Shown here in pieces: positions 48,519 through 56,966 of a DNA stretch of 64,000 nt. Source of the DNA: Acidimicrobiales bacterium (GTDB taxonomy: Bacteria > Actinomycetota > Acidimicrobiia > Acidimicrobiales > JAVJTC01). A program made the translations under genes and the position numbers. The notes below the pieces were generated by a model that had not been told where the DNA came from, searched no databases, and saw only the letters and a list, made by a program, of their open reading frames with translations. The stretch spans positions 208,317-272,316 of the forward strand of contig JAVJTC010000020.1 in NCBI GenBank assembly GCA_040219085.1, in the 5' to 3' direction. Each line of letters opens with the position of its first letter. The first letter of the stretch is position 1.

Positions 48519-49018
48519 CGCCAGCTCTCCTCCCGGTCGTCGCCTTCGCTCAGGTGTTCACGCAGGTTCGCCCTGGCCTGCGAAAGGTGTGCCTTGACGG
48601 CGCCCTCGGAGATTCCCATCGAGTCCGCGATCTCGCGGACGGGAAGGTCCTCCAGGTAGTGCAACACGATCGCGGTGCGCTGACGTTCCGGGAGTCGGCC
48701 GACGAGTTCGGCGAAACCGCCGTCTTCGGCGCCGAGGGACACGTGGCTGCGGGGCTCGGCGCCCGCCCGTGCCTCCGCTTTCCTCTGGCGCTCGCGCTTG
48801 CGGGCGAGGTCCCGGAGCCGGTTGATCGCCACACGGCGGACCCACGCCTGGGGGATGTCGTAGCGACGGATCCGGTTCCAGCGCGAATAGGCCTTGACGA
48901 AGGCGTCCTGGACGGCCTCGGCGGCCGCCTCAGCGTCGCCGAACGCCACAGTCAGCGATGCGACGACCGGTCCGTACGTGTCGGTGAAGAACGCGTCGAA
49001 ATCGTGCCTGTCGGTCAT
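48515..49018 (-). CDS. ECF-type RNA polymerase sigma factor
   Basis: Region 2 (AVQDAFVKAYSRWNRIRRYDIPQAWVRRVAINRLRD) and region 4 (LPERQRTAIVLHYLEDLPVREIADSMGISEGAVKAHLSQAR). ATG 49018 chosen; the ORF extension to 49825 is rejected. Confidence 0.85.
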   Translation of the reverse strand: MTDRHDFDAFFTDTYGPVVASLTVAFGDAEAAAEAVQDAFVKAYSRWNRIRRYDIPQAWVRRVAINRLRDLARKRERQRKAEARAGAEPRSHVSLGAEDGGFAELVGRLPERQRTAIVLHYLEDLPVREIADSMGISEGAVKAHLSQARANLREHLSEGDDREESWR

Positions 49019-49167
49019 CTCGAAGACGATCCGCCTCGTCGCTGTCTGGGTGGCGGTAATGACGCGTGCGGCCGGCCTCGCATCGCTCAGCGAGATCAGC
49101 CGAAGCCACTCTTCGCCCAGTGTGGCAGGAAAGGTCACACCTCTCACACGCACCTGAGGGCCCCGCA

Positions 49168-49215
49168 GGTTTAGTCGCATCGCAAACCGAAAAAAGATTC
49201 GTGGTCGGCTAAACC
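49168..49215. promoter_or_regulatory. Imperfect inverted repeat GGTTTAGTCG-28 nt-CGGCTAAACC in the divergent promoter region
   Basis: 10-bp arms with 1 mismatch flanking an A-rich stretch (CCGAAAAAAGATTCG). It lies between the sigma start (49018) and the operon start (49272). Confidence 0.3.
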
Positions 49216-49271
49216 CCCAGCGTGGTGACCGGCGTGTCCCATGTGACGAGTCCCCCGGACCAGGAGCCACC

Positions 49272-49979
49272 ATGCCTCGCCGCACCGCACTCACGATCGC
49301 CGCCTCGGTCATCGCCGTCATCGTGACGGCCACCACGGCCGTCGCCCTGTCACTGTCGGCCCTCGACGCCGGCCAGACCACCGAGGCCCAGTTCGCCGCA
49401 GCGGTCAGTCCGATAGAGGAGGCGCCTGGCGAGCCGGTCGTGGAACCGGTCGCCGATGTCGTCGACCCCACCGCCGAGGCGGTGCCATCCGAAGACCCCA
49501 CCACCGAGCCCGAATCCGGCGAGACGCCGACGTCGGTTCCGGCGGCTACCGGTTCGTCGCCGGCCTGGACCGCTCCGGCCCCTGCGAACTTCGCTCCGAC
49601 GCCTACCGGCACTCCGACCGCTCCCCCTGTGGCCCCCGCCGGCGATGCGACCCAGCAGACGGCACCTTCCTCCTTCGAGGTCGATGACCTGGTCGTGCCC
49701 ACACCGGCGGCCACCCCGTCGGCTGCTGCGACGCCGGCGCCGTCCGGCCCCGTCAGTCGGCCGATCTCGCCGGTGGCGACCACACCGACGCCGACTTCCG
49801 CGCCGGCTGCCACGCCCTCTCCCACCGCTCCGGCGTGGGAAGACGACGACGAGTACGACGAGCACGAAGACGAGCACGAGTACGAGCACGAGTACGAGGA
49901 AGAGGACGAGTACGAAGAGCACGAAGACGAGTACGAGGAAGAGGACGACCACGAGTACGAGTACGAGGACGGTCACTGA
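49272..49979 (+). CDS. Membrane-anchored or secreted Pro/Thr/Ala-rich protein with 46-aa C-terminal E/D/H/Y tail
   Basis: AGGAG lies 6 nt upstream of the ATG. N-terminal hydrophobic segment LTIAASVIAVIVTATTAVALSLSA. Tail: EDDDEYDEHEDEHEYEHEYEEEDEYEEHEDEYEEEDDHEYEYEDGH. Confidence 0.7.
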   Translation: MPRRTALTIAASVIAVIVTATTAVALSLSALDAGQTTEAQFAAAVSPIEEAPGEPVVEPVADVVDPTAEAVPSEDPTTEPESGETPTSVPAATGSSPAWTAPAPANFAPTPTGTPTAPPVAPAGDATQQTAPSSFEVDDLVVPTPAATPSAAATPAPSGPVSRPISPVATTPTPTSAPAATPSPTAPAWEDDDEYDEHEDEHEYEHEYEEEDEYEEHEDEYEEEDDHEYEYEDGH

Positions 49980-50734
49980 TGGCGGCCGACGCCCCGGCGC
50001 CCTCGCGCCGTCGTCAACCGCCGGCTCTGGCGGCCCGCATCATCGCCACGAGCGCAACGGTGTGTCTGTTCATCGGGATCGTGCTCGCCATGGGCGGCTT
50101 CGTCGAGAGCCGTCGCGTCACCACCCTGGCTGCCGCCGTCGGGGATCCCGCTCCTGATCCCGCGTTCGACGCGGCCGGTTCGCCGCCGGGCACGGTCGGC
50201 GCCGAGACCGAGGTGACCGTTCCGGAGACGCCGTCGACGGTCGTCGAACCCACCCCTGGGGCTGACGCCGCGAACGGGCCCCTCGACGCGGAGACCCCCG
50301 TCGAGGAAGCGACCCCCGCGGGTGAGCAGGGTCCGGCGAGCCCGGCCGGTGGGGCCGTGTCGGTCCAGCCGAACGCCGCCGCCACTCCCGGCGCCCCGGC
50401 ACCGACTGCGCCCGCACAGCCGGCTGCCCCGGCACCGGCTCCGTCGAGCGCAGCCCAGCCTGCGGCGACGCCGGCCCCCACGGCGGCTCCGCAGCCTGCG
50501 GCGACTCCCGCTCCCACGCAGCCTCCGGCATCACAGCCGACCACCGCGCCGACGCCGGCCCCGACGGCGGCGCCCACGCCGCGTCCGACGGCGGCGCCCA
50601 CCCCGGCTCCCACCGCGGCCCCTACGCCTCCGCCCACCCCGGCGCCGACGCCGGCTCCAACGGCCGCGCCGACGCCGGCACCGACGCCTCCGCCGACCCC
50701 CGTGCCGACTCCGACCACCCAGCCGAGCGGATGA
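49979..50734 (+). CDS. Single-pass membrane protein with long Pro/Ala/Thr repeat region
   Basis: TGATG overlap with the upstream gene. TM helix IIATSATVCLFIGIVLAMGGF. The C-terminal ~120 aa are (TPAPTAAP)-like repeats. ATGA overlap with apbE. Confidence 0.65.
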   Translation: MAADAPAPSRRRQPPALAARIIATSATVCLFIGIVLAMGGFVESRRVTTLAAAVGDPAPDPAFDAAGSPPGTVGAETEVTVPETPSTVVEPTPGADAANGPLDAETPVEEATPAGEQGPASPAGGAVSVQPNAAATPGAPAPTAPAQPAAPAPAPSSAAQPAATPAPTAAPQPAATPAPTQPPASQPTTAPTPAPTAAPTPRPTAAPTPAPTAAPTPPPTPAPTPAPTAAPTPAPTPPPTPVPTPTTQPSG

Positions 50735-51648
50735 GCGCCACAACCGTGCGGGTGCACGAGTTCCGGGCGATGGGCTCGCGGTGTCAGGTGGTGGTGGACG
50801 GACCTCTCGGGCTGACCGATCGCGCCGAGGCGCGGGTCCGGGCGCTCGAGGAGACCTGGTCCCGGTTCGTCGCTGACAGCGAGATCTCCCGGATCAACGA
50901 GCGGCCCGGTCGGCCGGTGACGGTGGGTTCCGCCACGATCGACCTCTTCCGGCGGGCCGAGTTCGCCCGTGTCTCCACCGGCGGGCTCTTCGACCCGATG
51001 GTGCTCGACCATCTCATCGCGGCGGGCTATGACCGCGACCATCGCGAGCTCGTGCCCGCCCAAGGGACAGCGCAGCCCCGGACCGGCGCCGCCCGTCCGG
51101 TGGGTACGTTCCGGGTGGACGGCGACACCGTCACCGTCGAAGGCGGCCGGTTCGATCCCGGCGGTCTCGGCAAGGGACTGGCCGCCGATCTGGTCGCGGA
51201 AGAACTTCTCGAGGTCGGTGCCGCCGGTTGCTACCTCGACCTCGGCGGCGACATCCGCTTCGCCGGCGAACCGATCGACGGTGAGCGTTGGCGCGTGCAC
51301 GTCGACGATCCCCTGGGTGTCGCTCCCGTGTGCACCCTCGGGCTGCCCCCGGGTGGTGGAGGCGTCGCCACGTCGGGTGTTCTCACCCGACGCTGGCACC
51401 ACGACGGTGCGGACCGGCACCACCTGATCGATCCCCGCACCGGTGAGCCCGCCGACACCGCTCTGGCGTCGGTGACCGTGATCGCCGGGGCCACATGGTG
51501 GGCGGAAGTCATGGCCAAGTCGGCGCTCGTCGCGGGCGCAGACGACGCAGAGTCGCTCCTGCATGAAGGTGGCGTGACGGCGATTCTGGTCGCGAAGAAC
51601 GGAAAGAGAACAGTCGTCGGCGATCTCGAGGAGGTCGGCGGATCGTGA
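50731..51648 (+). CDS. apbE: ApbE-family FAD:protein FMN transferase (no signal peptide or lipobox visible)
   Basis: DPGGLGKGLAAD (compare the GGIAKGYA loop) and HHLIDPRTGEP (compare HIIDPRTG). 305 aa. The N-terminus MSATTVRVHEFRAMGS lacks any hydrophobic leader. Confidence 0.85.
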   Translation: MSATTVRVHEFRAMGSRCQVVVDGPLGLTDRAEARVRALEETWSRFVADSEISRINERPGRPVTVGSATIDLFRRAEFARVSTGGLFDPMVLDHLIAAGYDRDHRELVPAQGTAQPRTGAARPVGTFRVDGDTVTVEGGRFDPGGLGKGLAADLVAEELLEVGAAGCYLDLGGDIRFAGEPIDGERWRVHVDDPLGVAPVCTLGLPPGGGGVATSGVLTRRWHHDGADRHHLIDPRTGEPADTALASVTVIAGATWWAEVMAKSALVAGADDAESLLHEGGVTAILVAKNGKRTVVGDLEEVGGS

Positions 51649-52292
51649 ACGAGCAGCTGTGGTGGTACGTGGCCCGATCCGGTGGCATCGTCGCGTGGGC
51701 TCTGCTCACGGTCTCGGTGGTGCTCGGACTGTCGCTGTCCACGGTGATCGCCGGCCGGAGAGTCCCAAAGCCCTGGCTCCTGTCGATGCATCGGTATCTG
51801 GGGCTCGTCGCCATCGTCATGACCGGGTTCCACCTCGCCGGCCTGGTAGCCGACAGCTATGTGCACTTCGACGTCATCGACCTCCTGGTGCCCTACTCGT
51901 CGGAGTGGCAGCCCGGGGCGGTCGCATGGGGGGTGGTGGCCATGTGGCTCCTGCTCGCCGTGGAGATCACGTCTCTGCTCCGCCGCCGGATCCCGAAGAG
52001 GCTGTGGCGGTGGGTGCACGTGTCCTCGTTGCCGCTGTTCGCCATGGCGACCGCGCACACCTTCACCGCCGGCACCGACGCCGGCCACGGCTGGTTGCGG
52101 TGGGGCGCGATCATCTCCGTGAACGTCGTGGCCTTCCTGACCATCGTTCGCATCGTCGTCGAGAAACGACCGGCCCGGGTCATCCCGGCCCGACCGTCGG
52201 CGAAGAGAACGCCTCCGGTGGAGCCGTCGTCGCAGGGAGTTCCCGAGGTCGAGCCGTCGCAAGAGCGGGTCCCCGTGGTATCTCAGGGCTGA
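51645..52292 (+). CDS. Ferric-reductase-domain (MsrQ/YedZ/NOX-type) bis-heme b membrane protein
   Basis: Six hydrophobic helices. His-x13-His (HRYLGLVAIVMTGFH) and His-x12-His (HVSSLPLFAMATAH) sit in alternate helices. GTGA overlap with apbE. Confidence 0.78.
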   Translation: MNEQLWWYVARSGGIVAWALLTVSVVLGLSLSTVIAGRRVPKPWLLSMHRYLGLVAIVMTGFHLAGLVADSYVHFDVIDLLVPYSSEWQPGAVAWGVVAMWLLLAVEITSLLRRRIPKRLWRWVHVSSLPLFAMATAHTFTAGTDAGHGWLRWGAIISVNVVAFLTIVRIVVEKRPARVIPARPSAKRTPPVEPSSQGVPEVEPSQERVPVVSQG

Positions 52293-52295
52293 GCC

Positions 52296-53720
52296 TCAGG
52301 ACTCCTGGGTCTTCTCCCCGCCAGGTTTGCTGCGCTTGGCCTCGTACATGGCCCGATCCGCCAGCGACAACAACTCCTCGGGTGCGATGCTGCTCGGCGC
52401 GAGTGCCACGCCGACACTGGCCGTCACCGTGACGGCCCCGGTGCCCACCTCGATGGGCCCGGCCACGACTTCACGCACGCGCTCGGCGATGGTCTCGAGC
52501 CATGCGCGGTCGGTGGCTCCGGGAAGGACGAGAGCGAACTCGTCGCCGCCGAGACGGGCGACGGTGTCACCGGGACGGAGGATGGCGCGCAGGCGCGTCG
52601 CGACAACCCGGAGCACGGTGTCACCCGCCTCGTGGCCGTGCGTATCGTTCACGGGCTTGAAGTCGTCCAGGTCGAGATACAACAGCCCGACCCACTCGCC
52701 GACGCCGACCGTGGTCGTGTAGCGGCGCTCGAATCCTCGCCTGTTCGGCAGGTCCGTGAGGCTGTCGTGGGTGGCCTCGTACTCCCGGCGCTGATCGTGA
52801 CGGTCACGGTCGAGGGTGATCCGGACCAGTTCACGGGCGCGCTCGAGGCGTTGAGCGAGTGCGTTCGAGGGAGCGTGGCGTACCCGGGCGAACGCGAGCA
52901 GATGATGCGACTCTCCCCTTTCGTCCGTCTCGACGTCGACGCCCCAACACACCGAGTAGTCCGCTTCGAGGAGGCGCCGGCCGATGGTGTCGCCGATGTT
53001 GGAGACCGACACGGCTCGTGGCCGCGTTCCGACGGTCGCCCACCGCAGGGGGCCTGCGTCGGCGGCGAAGACACGGAACAGGGCGTCGTCGCTGGCCGCC
53101 ATGACGTGATGTGAGTTGGGCGTGGTCTCGAGGAGGACCGCCCCGACATCGAGGGGTGGCAGCGCGACCATCTCGATGATCATCGCGAGGACACCGCTCC
53201 TGCCCGCTCCGCCTGCGAGTGACGCGAGGATGCGCCTGAGGAGTTCGTCGCCCCTGGTGGGACGCAGGGTGTAGACGATCCCCGCGACGTCCGGGTCGGC
53301 GAGACCCCCTGTGCCGATCACCTCCACGGAGACGACACGCCCAGAGGCGCCGACCATCCGGAACTCGATCTCGGCCCATTCGCTGTCGAAGTCGGTGCCC
53401 CGGTCGGTGGTCGCGACGTTGGTGAAGACCTCGAGGATCCTTGCCTGGTCGCCGGGGTGCACGCGGTCGAGGGTCTGCATGCCGATGCCCTCGGCGATCG
53501 TCCAACCGCCGAGCCTCGCCGCTGCGACGTTGCCGTAGATCACGTGACCGGTGTCGTCCAAGACGAGCACCGGTGTCGGCAGGTGATGGAGGACTTTCGC
53601 GTAGAACGCGCCGCTGGTCGGCAGTCCCCGGTGAGGCGCGATCCCGCCGCCCTGGCGGGTGCCGCCGGGGCCGGAGGGGCTCGTGTCCCCGGTCCGCTCG
53701 CCTTGTGGGGCCTCGTCCAC
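52296..53720 (-). CDS. Sensor diguanylate cyclase (PAS plus additional sensory region plus GGDEF)
   Basis: PAS-like TPVLVLDDTGHVIYGNVAAARLGGW. GGDEF domain with DSLTDLPNRRGF, DLDDFKPVNDTHGHEAGD, LGGDEFALVL. GTG start at 53720. Confidence 0.88.
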   Translation of the reverse strand: MDEAPQGERTGDTSPSGPGGTRQGGGIAPHRGLPTSGAFYAKVLHHLPTPVLVLDDTGHVIYGNVAAARLGGWTIAEGIGMQTLDRVHPGDQARILEVFTNVATTDRGTDFDSEWAEIEFRMVGASGRVVSVEVIGTGGLADPDVAGIVYTLRPTRGDELLRRILASLAGGAGRSGVLAMIIEMVALPPLDVGAVLLETTPNSHHVMAASDDALFRVFAADAGPLRWATVGTRPRAVSVSNIGDTIGRRLLEADYSVCWGVDVETDERGESHHLLAFARVRHAPSNALAQRLERARELVRITLDRDRHDQRREYEATHDSLTDLPNRRGFERRYTTTVGVGEWVGLLYLDLDDFKPVNDTHGHEAGDTVLRVVATRLRAILRPGDTVARLGGDEFALVLPGATDRAWLETIAERVREVVAGPIEVGTGAVTVTASVGVALAPSSIAPEELLSLADRAMYEAKRSKPGGEKTQES

Positions 53721-53831
53721 CGAGGTTCCCTTCGCCGTCGCTGTTTCGACAGTACCGGCTTGACGGGCCCTCGTCGTCGTGGTCGGGACCCTGGAACTAT
53801 TCCGGTATCTGAATAAGGCGCTGGTGTAGCG

Positions 53832-54425
53832 TCAGCCGGCGACGGTCACCCCCGCCTCCACGAGTCCCATCCGTGCCCGATCGCCGTCGCCCGGTTCGAT
53901 CTCCACCGCCCGGGTCATGGACCACAGGACCGTGGTGACGAAGCCGGCATCGTGGGCGTCGGTGGCGGTGGCCTTCACGCACACGTCCGCAGCGAGACCG
54001 CCGATCACGACGGATGTGACCCCGCGCGCGTCGAGATACGCAGCGAGGCCGGTGGCCGAACGGGCCGCTGTGCGGGGATCGATCACCGTGAAAGCGGAGT
54101 AGCCGTCTTCGCCGCCGGTGCCTTTGCGCAGGAGGAGGTCCGCATCGGCGTTCAGGTCGTGGTGAAGTTCTGCACCCCAGGTCCCACGCACGCAGTGGCG
54201 GGGCCACGTTCCGCCCCCGTCGGTGAAGTGTGGCGACTCCATCGGGTGCCAGTCCTGGGTCAGCACCACCGTGGCGCCGGCGCTGCGGGCGGCGTCGATC
54301 TCGTCGTTCAGGGGGGCGACGACGGCTTCGCCGTCATGCACATACAGGGACCCACCGGGGTCCGCGAAGTCGTTCTGGACGTCGACGACCACGAGTGCCG
54401 TCGCCGCGTCGTAGTGATGGCTCAT
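53832..54425 (-). CDS. pncA: Nicotinamidase/pyrazinamidase (isochorismatase family)
   Basis: ALVVVDVQNDFADPGGSLYV, TQDWHP, catalytic Cys in GGLAADVCVKATA. 197 aa. Confidence 0.85.
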   Translation of the reverse strand: MSHHYDAATALVVVDVQNDFADPGGSLYVHDGEAVVAPLNDEIDAARSAGATVVLTQDWHPMESPHFTDGGGTWPRHCVRGTWGAELHHDLNADADLLLRKGTGGEDGYSAFTVIDPRTAARSATGLAAYLDARGVTSVVIGGLAADVCVKATATDAHDAGFVTTVLWSMTRAVEIEPGDGDRARMGLVEAGVTVAG

Positions 54426-54465
54426 GACCCAACAGTAGGTAGGTCACGGGCCGCGCGGGCAGCGG

Positions 54466-54702
54466 TCAGCGGACCTGGCCGAGGTCGGGGGGGAACCTCA
54501 TCGGCTCCCACGTCGTCGGTGCGACGTCGGCGCCCGGGACACAGACGACCGCGTCGGGGGCCGCCGCGGGTCCCTCGATGTGGACGCGTCGGGGGCATCC
54601 CTCACACCACTCGGCGCTGACCTCTCCGCGGCGGGGACACTCGACGAGGCCCTGGGAGTCGGTGGCTAGTCGGACAGGTTCGTCACGGCGGTTGGTGTCC
54701 AT
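54466..54702 (-). CDS. Small Cys-containing hypothetical protein
   Basis: 78 aa from ATG 54702 (an alternative start is at 54774). C..CEGC..C pattern and moderately high GC3. It is the last gene of the sigma/ABC operon. Confidence 0.4.
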   Translation of the reverse strand: MDTNRRDEPVRLATDSQGLVECPRRGEVSAEWCEGCPRRVHIEGPAAAPDAVVCVPGADVAPTTWEPMRFPPDLGQVR

Positions 54703-54783
54703 CTCCGCGATGGTCCACCACCCACAGTGCGCCCCTGTAGGGGCGGAGGTCCCGCGACCGCCCGGAGTGCCCACGGCAAGTGG

Positions 54784-55629
54784 TCAGCCGGCTCGGCCGA
54801 GCGTCGCGACGTAGCCGTCGGCCACGCTCGGTGTCACCGCTGGCGCACCGCGAGGTGGCTCGCCGATGCAGCGGAACCGCCCCGGGGCGACGGCGCGCGT
54901 CGGGATGCCCGGCGGTGGCCGGTCCGTCTCCCAGACGAGCCCGGCGGCGGTCGAGGCGAGTCGTTGCGGCGTGCCCGTGAAGATGGCCCGGCCCCGGTCC
55001 ATCACGACCACGTTGCCGCAGACGGTGGCGAGTTCGTCGGCTTCGTGGGTCGCTATCAGAAGCGTTGCGGCGCCGGCCCTGTCGGCGACCAGCGTCACCA
55101 CGTCACCGCGGCGGTGTGCGTCGAGCGAGCTCAGGGGCTCGTCGAGGACGAGCAGGTCGGGATCGCCGAGGAGGGCCTGTGCCAGGGCGAGTCGGCGGCG
55201 CATTCCGCCGCTCAGGGTCGAGATCCGGTCGCCGGCCACATCGTCGAGTCCGACCGTCGTGAGCGCCCAGTGACACCAGCGCCGGCGGAGGCGCTGAGGC
55301 CGGATCTCCTTGAGCGCCCCGACGTACTCGCAGAACTCCCCGACCCGCATCCGGGGCGGAAGGCCGTCGTCCTGGCCGAGGTAGCCGAGTCGGCGCCGCA
55401 GCGCCACGCGCGTGGCCGGGTCGTCGGGGTCGAGGCCGTCGACGCGCACCGAGCCGGACTGGCGTGTCGCCACGGTGGCGACGAGGCGCAGCAGCGGGCT
55501 CTTCCCCGAGCCGTTCGGGCCGAGGATCGCGGTCGCGCCCGGCCCGATCACCAGGTGCCCGATGTCGAGTGCGGTGGTCGTGCCGTAGCGGTGCGACACG
55601 CCGTCGACGGTGATCACGGGCGCGCTCAC
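54784..55629 (-). CDS. ABC transporter ATP-binding protein
   Basis: Walker A GPNGSGKS, signature LSGGMRRRLALA, Walker B LLVLDEP. GTGA overlap with the upstream membrane gene. Confidence 0.88.
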   Translation of the reverse strand: MSAPVITVDGVSHRYGTTTALDIGHLVIGPGATAILGPNGSGKSPLLRLVATVATRQSGSVRVDGLDPDDPATRVALRRRLGYLGQDDGLPPRMRVGEFCEYVGALKEIRPQRLRRRWCHWALTTVGLDDVAGDRISTLSGGMRRRLALAQALLGDPDLLVLDEPLSSLDAHRRGDVVTLVADRAGAATLLIATHEADELATVCGNVVVMDRGRAIFTGTPQRLASTAAGLVWETDRPPPGIPTRAVAPGRFRCIGEPPRGAPAVTPSVADGYVATLGRAG

Positions 55630-56420
55630 TGCGCCCGCTCGATGTCGCCGAGGCGGCCGCGGCCGGCGAAGAACAGGACCGTCGCGGCGATGGCGACGAG
55701 GCCCGAGGCGACCTGTGTGGCCGGGCCGAACGCGGTCGACGCGTCGGCGGTCCGGTCCACGGTGACGATGACCGCCAACCACAGACCGCCGACCGTGAGA
55801 GCCGCCCGCCGGACCGTGATCCGGGTGGCCAGCGCCATCGTGGCGGCCGTCACCGCGAGAGCCGGGAGAAGCCAGGCGATGCGCGCCGGTCCTCGTTCGG
55901 GGGTCAGCACCGCCGCCACGAGGAGAAGCGCGGTGCTCGACGTCAGCACCGTCAGGGTCCGCACGAGGAAGACCCGGTGGCCCTCCATCGGTGCGGCCAC
56001 GACGATGTCATGGGTCGGATCGACGCCCCGCCCGAACGCCAGAGCGACACCGAGCAGCGGCACGAGCGGTGCCATCGTGAGGAACACGACGAGACGATCG
56101 ACCCCCTCGCCGCCGCTTCCGGACGCCGCCTGCAGAGCGAAGACCAGCGCGATCGTGACTGCGACCAACCATGATCGGCGCAGACCCGGGGTCGCGGTCA
56201 CCAGCGAAACCGTCACGTCGTCGACGCCGAGGCGCGTCATGATCCGGGCGACCAAGCGGGGCTTCGAAGCAGCAACCTCGGCCTGCACGGCGGCGAGGTT
56301 CGCAGCGAGCCGGGCCGGGTCGGGGGCAGCCTGGTCCCGGGGGCCCGCGAGCCGCACCGGGTCTGTCGCCGCCGCCTGCAGCGCTGTCTCGAGCGCGGTC
56401 GATCGGGATGTGGGACTCAT
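55626..56420 (-). CDS. Polytopic membrane protein (about 6 TM) coupled to ECF sigma and ABC ATPase; candidate anti-sigma and/or permease
   Basis: ATGA overlap with the sigma gene. ~85-aa soluble N-terminus followed by six hydrophobic segments. No zf-HC2 motif seen. Confidence 0.6.
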   Translation of the reverse strand: MSPTSRSTALETALQAAATDPVRLAGPRDQAAPDPARLAANLAAVQAEVAASKPRLVARIMTRLGVDDVTVSLVTATPGLRRSWLVAVTIALVFALQAASGSGGEGVDRLVVFLTMAPLVPLLGVALAFGRGVDPTHDIVVAAPMEGHRVFLVRTLTVLTSSTALLLVAAVLTPERGPARIAWLLPALAVTAATMALATRITVRRAALTVGGLWLAVIVTVDRTADASTAFGPATQVASGLVAIAATVLFFAGRGRLGDIERAQ

Positions 56421-56965
56421 CGGAGTTCCTCCTCGAGGATGCGACGGGCACGCGCCAGGCGGGACTTGACCGTGCCGGTGGGGATGTCGAGCAGTACGGC
56501 CGCCTCGCGGTTCGTCAGCCCGTCCAGTGCGGTTGCGGCCAGCACGGCCTGCAGGTCCGGTTCGAGCCGGGCGAAGGCCTGACCCAGGTCGGTGTCGGCG
56601 AGGGCGATGGGCACCTCCTCGGTCACCACCCGTGCGAGTCGTGAGATCTCCTCCACCGGTTCAGGTGGGCGGAGTCGACGCATCTGGTCGATGAGACGGC
56701 GCAGCGCGATCGTCCAGATCCAGGCGGCGACATCGCCGGTCGGTTCGTAATCGCCGGCCTGGCGCCACACCGCGAGGAAGGCGTCCTGGATCGCGCTGTC
56801 GATGTAGTCCGCATCTCCGCAGCGGCGCGCGAGCCGGGCCATGAGCCAACCCGCGTGGCGCTCGTAGAGCGCTGCGAGGGCCGCCCGGTCCCCGTCACCG
56901 ATGCGCGCGATCAGCGCACGGTCCGAGGTGTCCGCGTGCTCCCCGGCGTCGGTCACCACCGCCAT
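56417..56965 (-). CDS. ECF-type RNA polymerase sigma factor
   Basis: Region 2 (IQDAFLAVWRQAGDYEPTGDVAAWIWTIALRRLIDQMR) and region 4 (LTNREAAVLLDIPTGTVKSRLARARRIL). ATG 56965 lies 1 nt after the upstream gene's stop. Confidence 0.85.
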   Translation of the reverse strand: MAVVTDAGEHADTSDRALIARIGDGDRAALAALYERHAGWLMARLARRCGDADYIDSAIQDAFLAVWRQAGDYEPTGDVAAWIWTIALRRLIDQMRRLRPPEPVEEISRLARVVTEEVPIALADTDLGQAFARLEPDLQAVLAATALDGLTNREAAVLLDIPTGTVKSRLARARRILEEELR

Positions 56966-56966
56966 G

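Noticed and set aside
50380-50731. Periodic DNA repeats that could be mistaken for a CRISPR or other non-coding array. The same applies to 2108-2209, 47523-47665 and 49839-49976.
   Set aside because: The repeats are in-frame inside ORFs with proper starts, TM anchors and translational coupling. Their periods are multiples of 3 with no unique spacers. They are coding low-complexity repeats.
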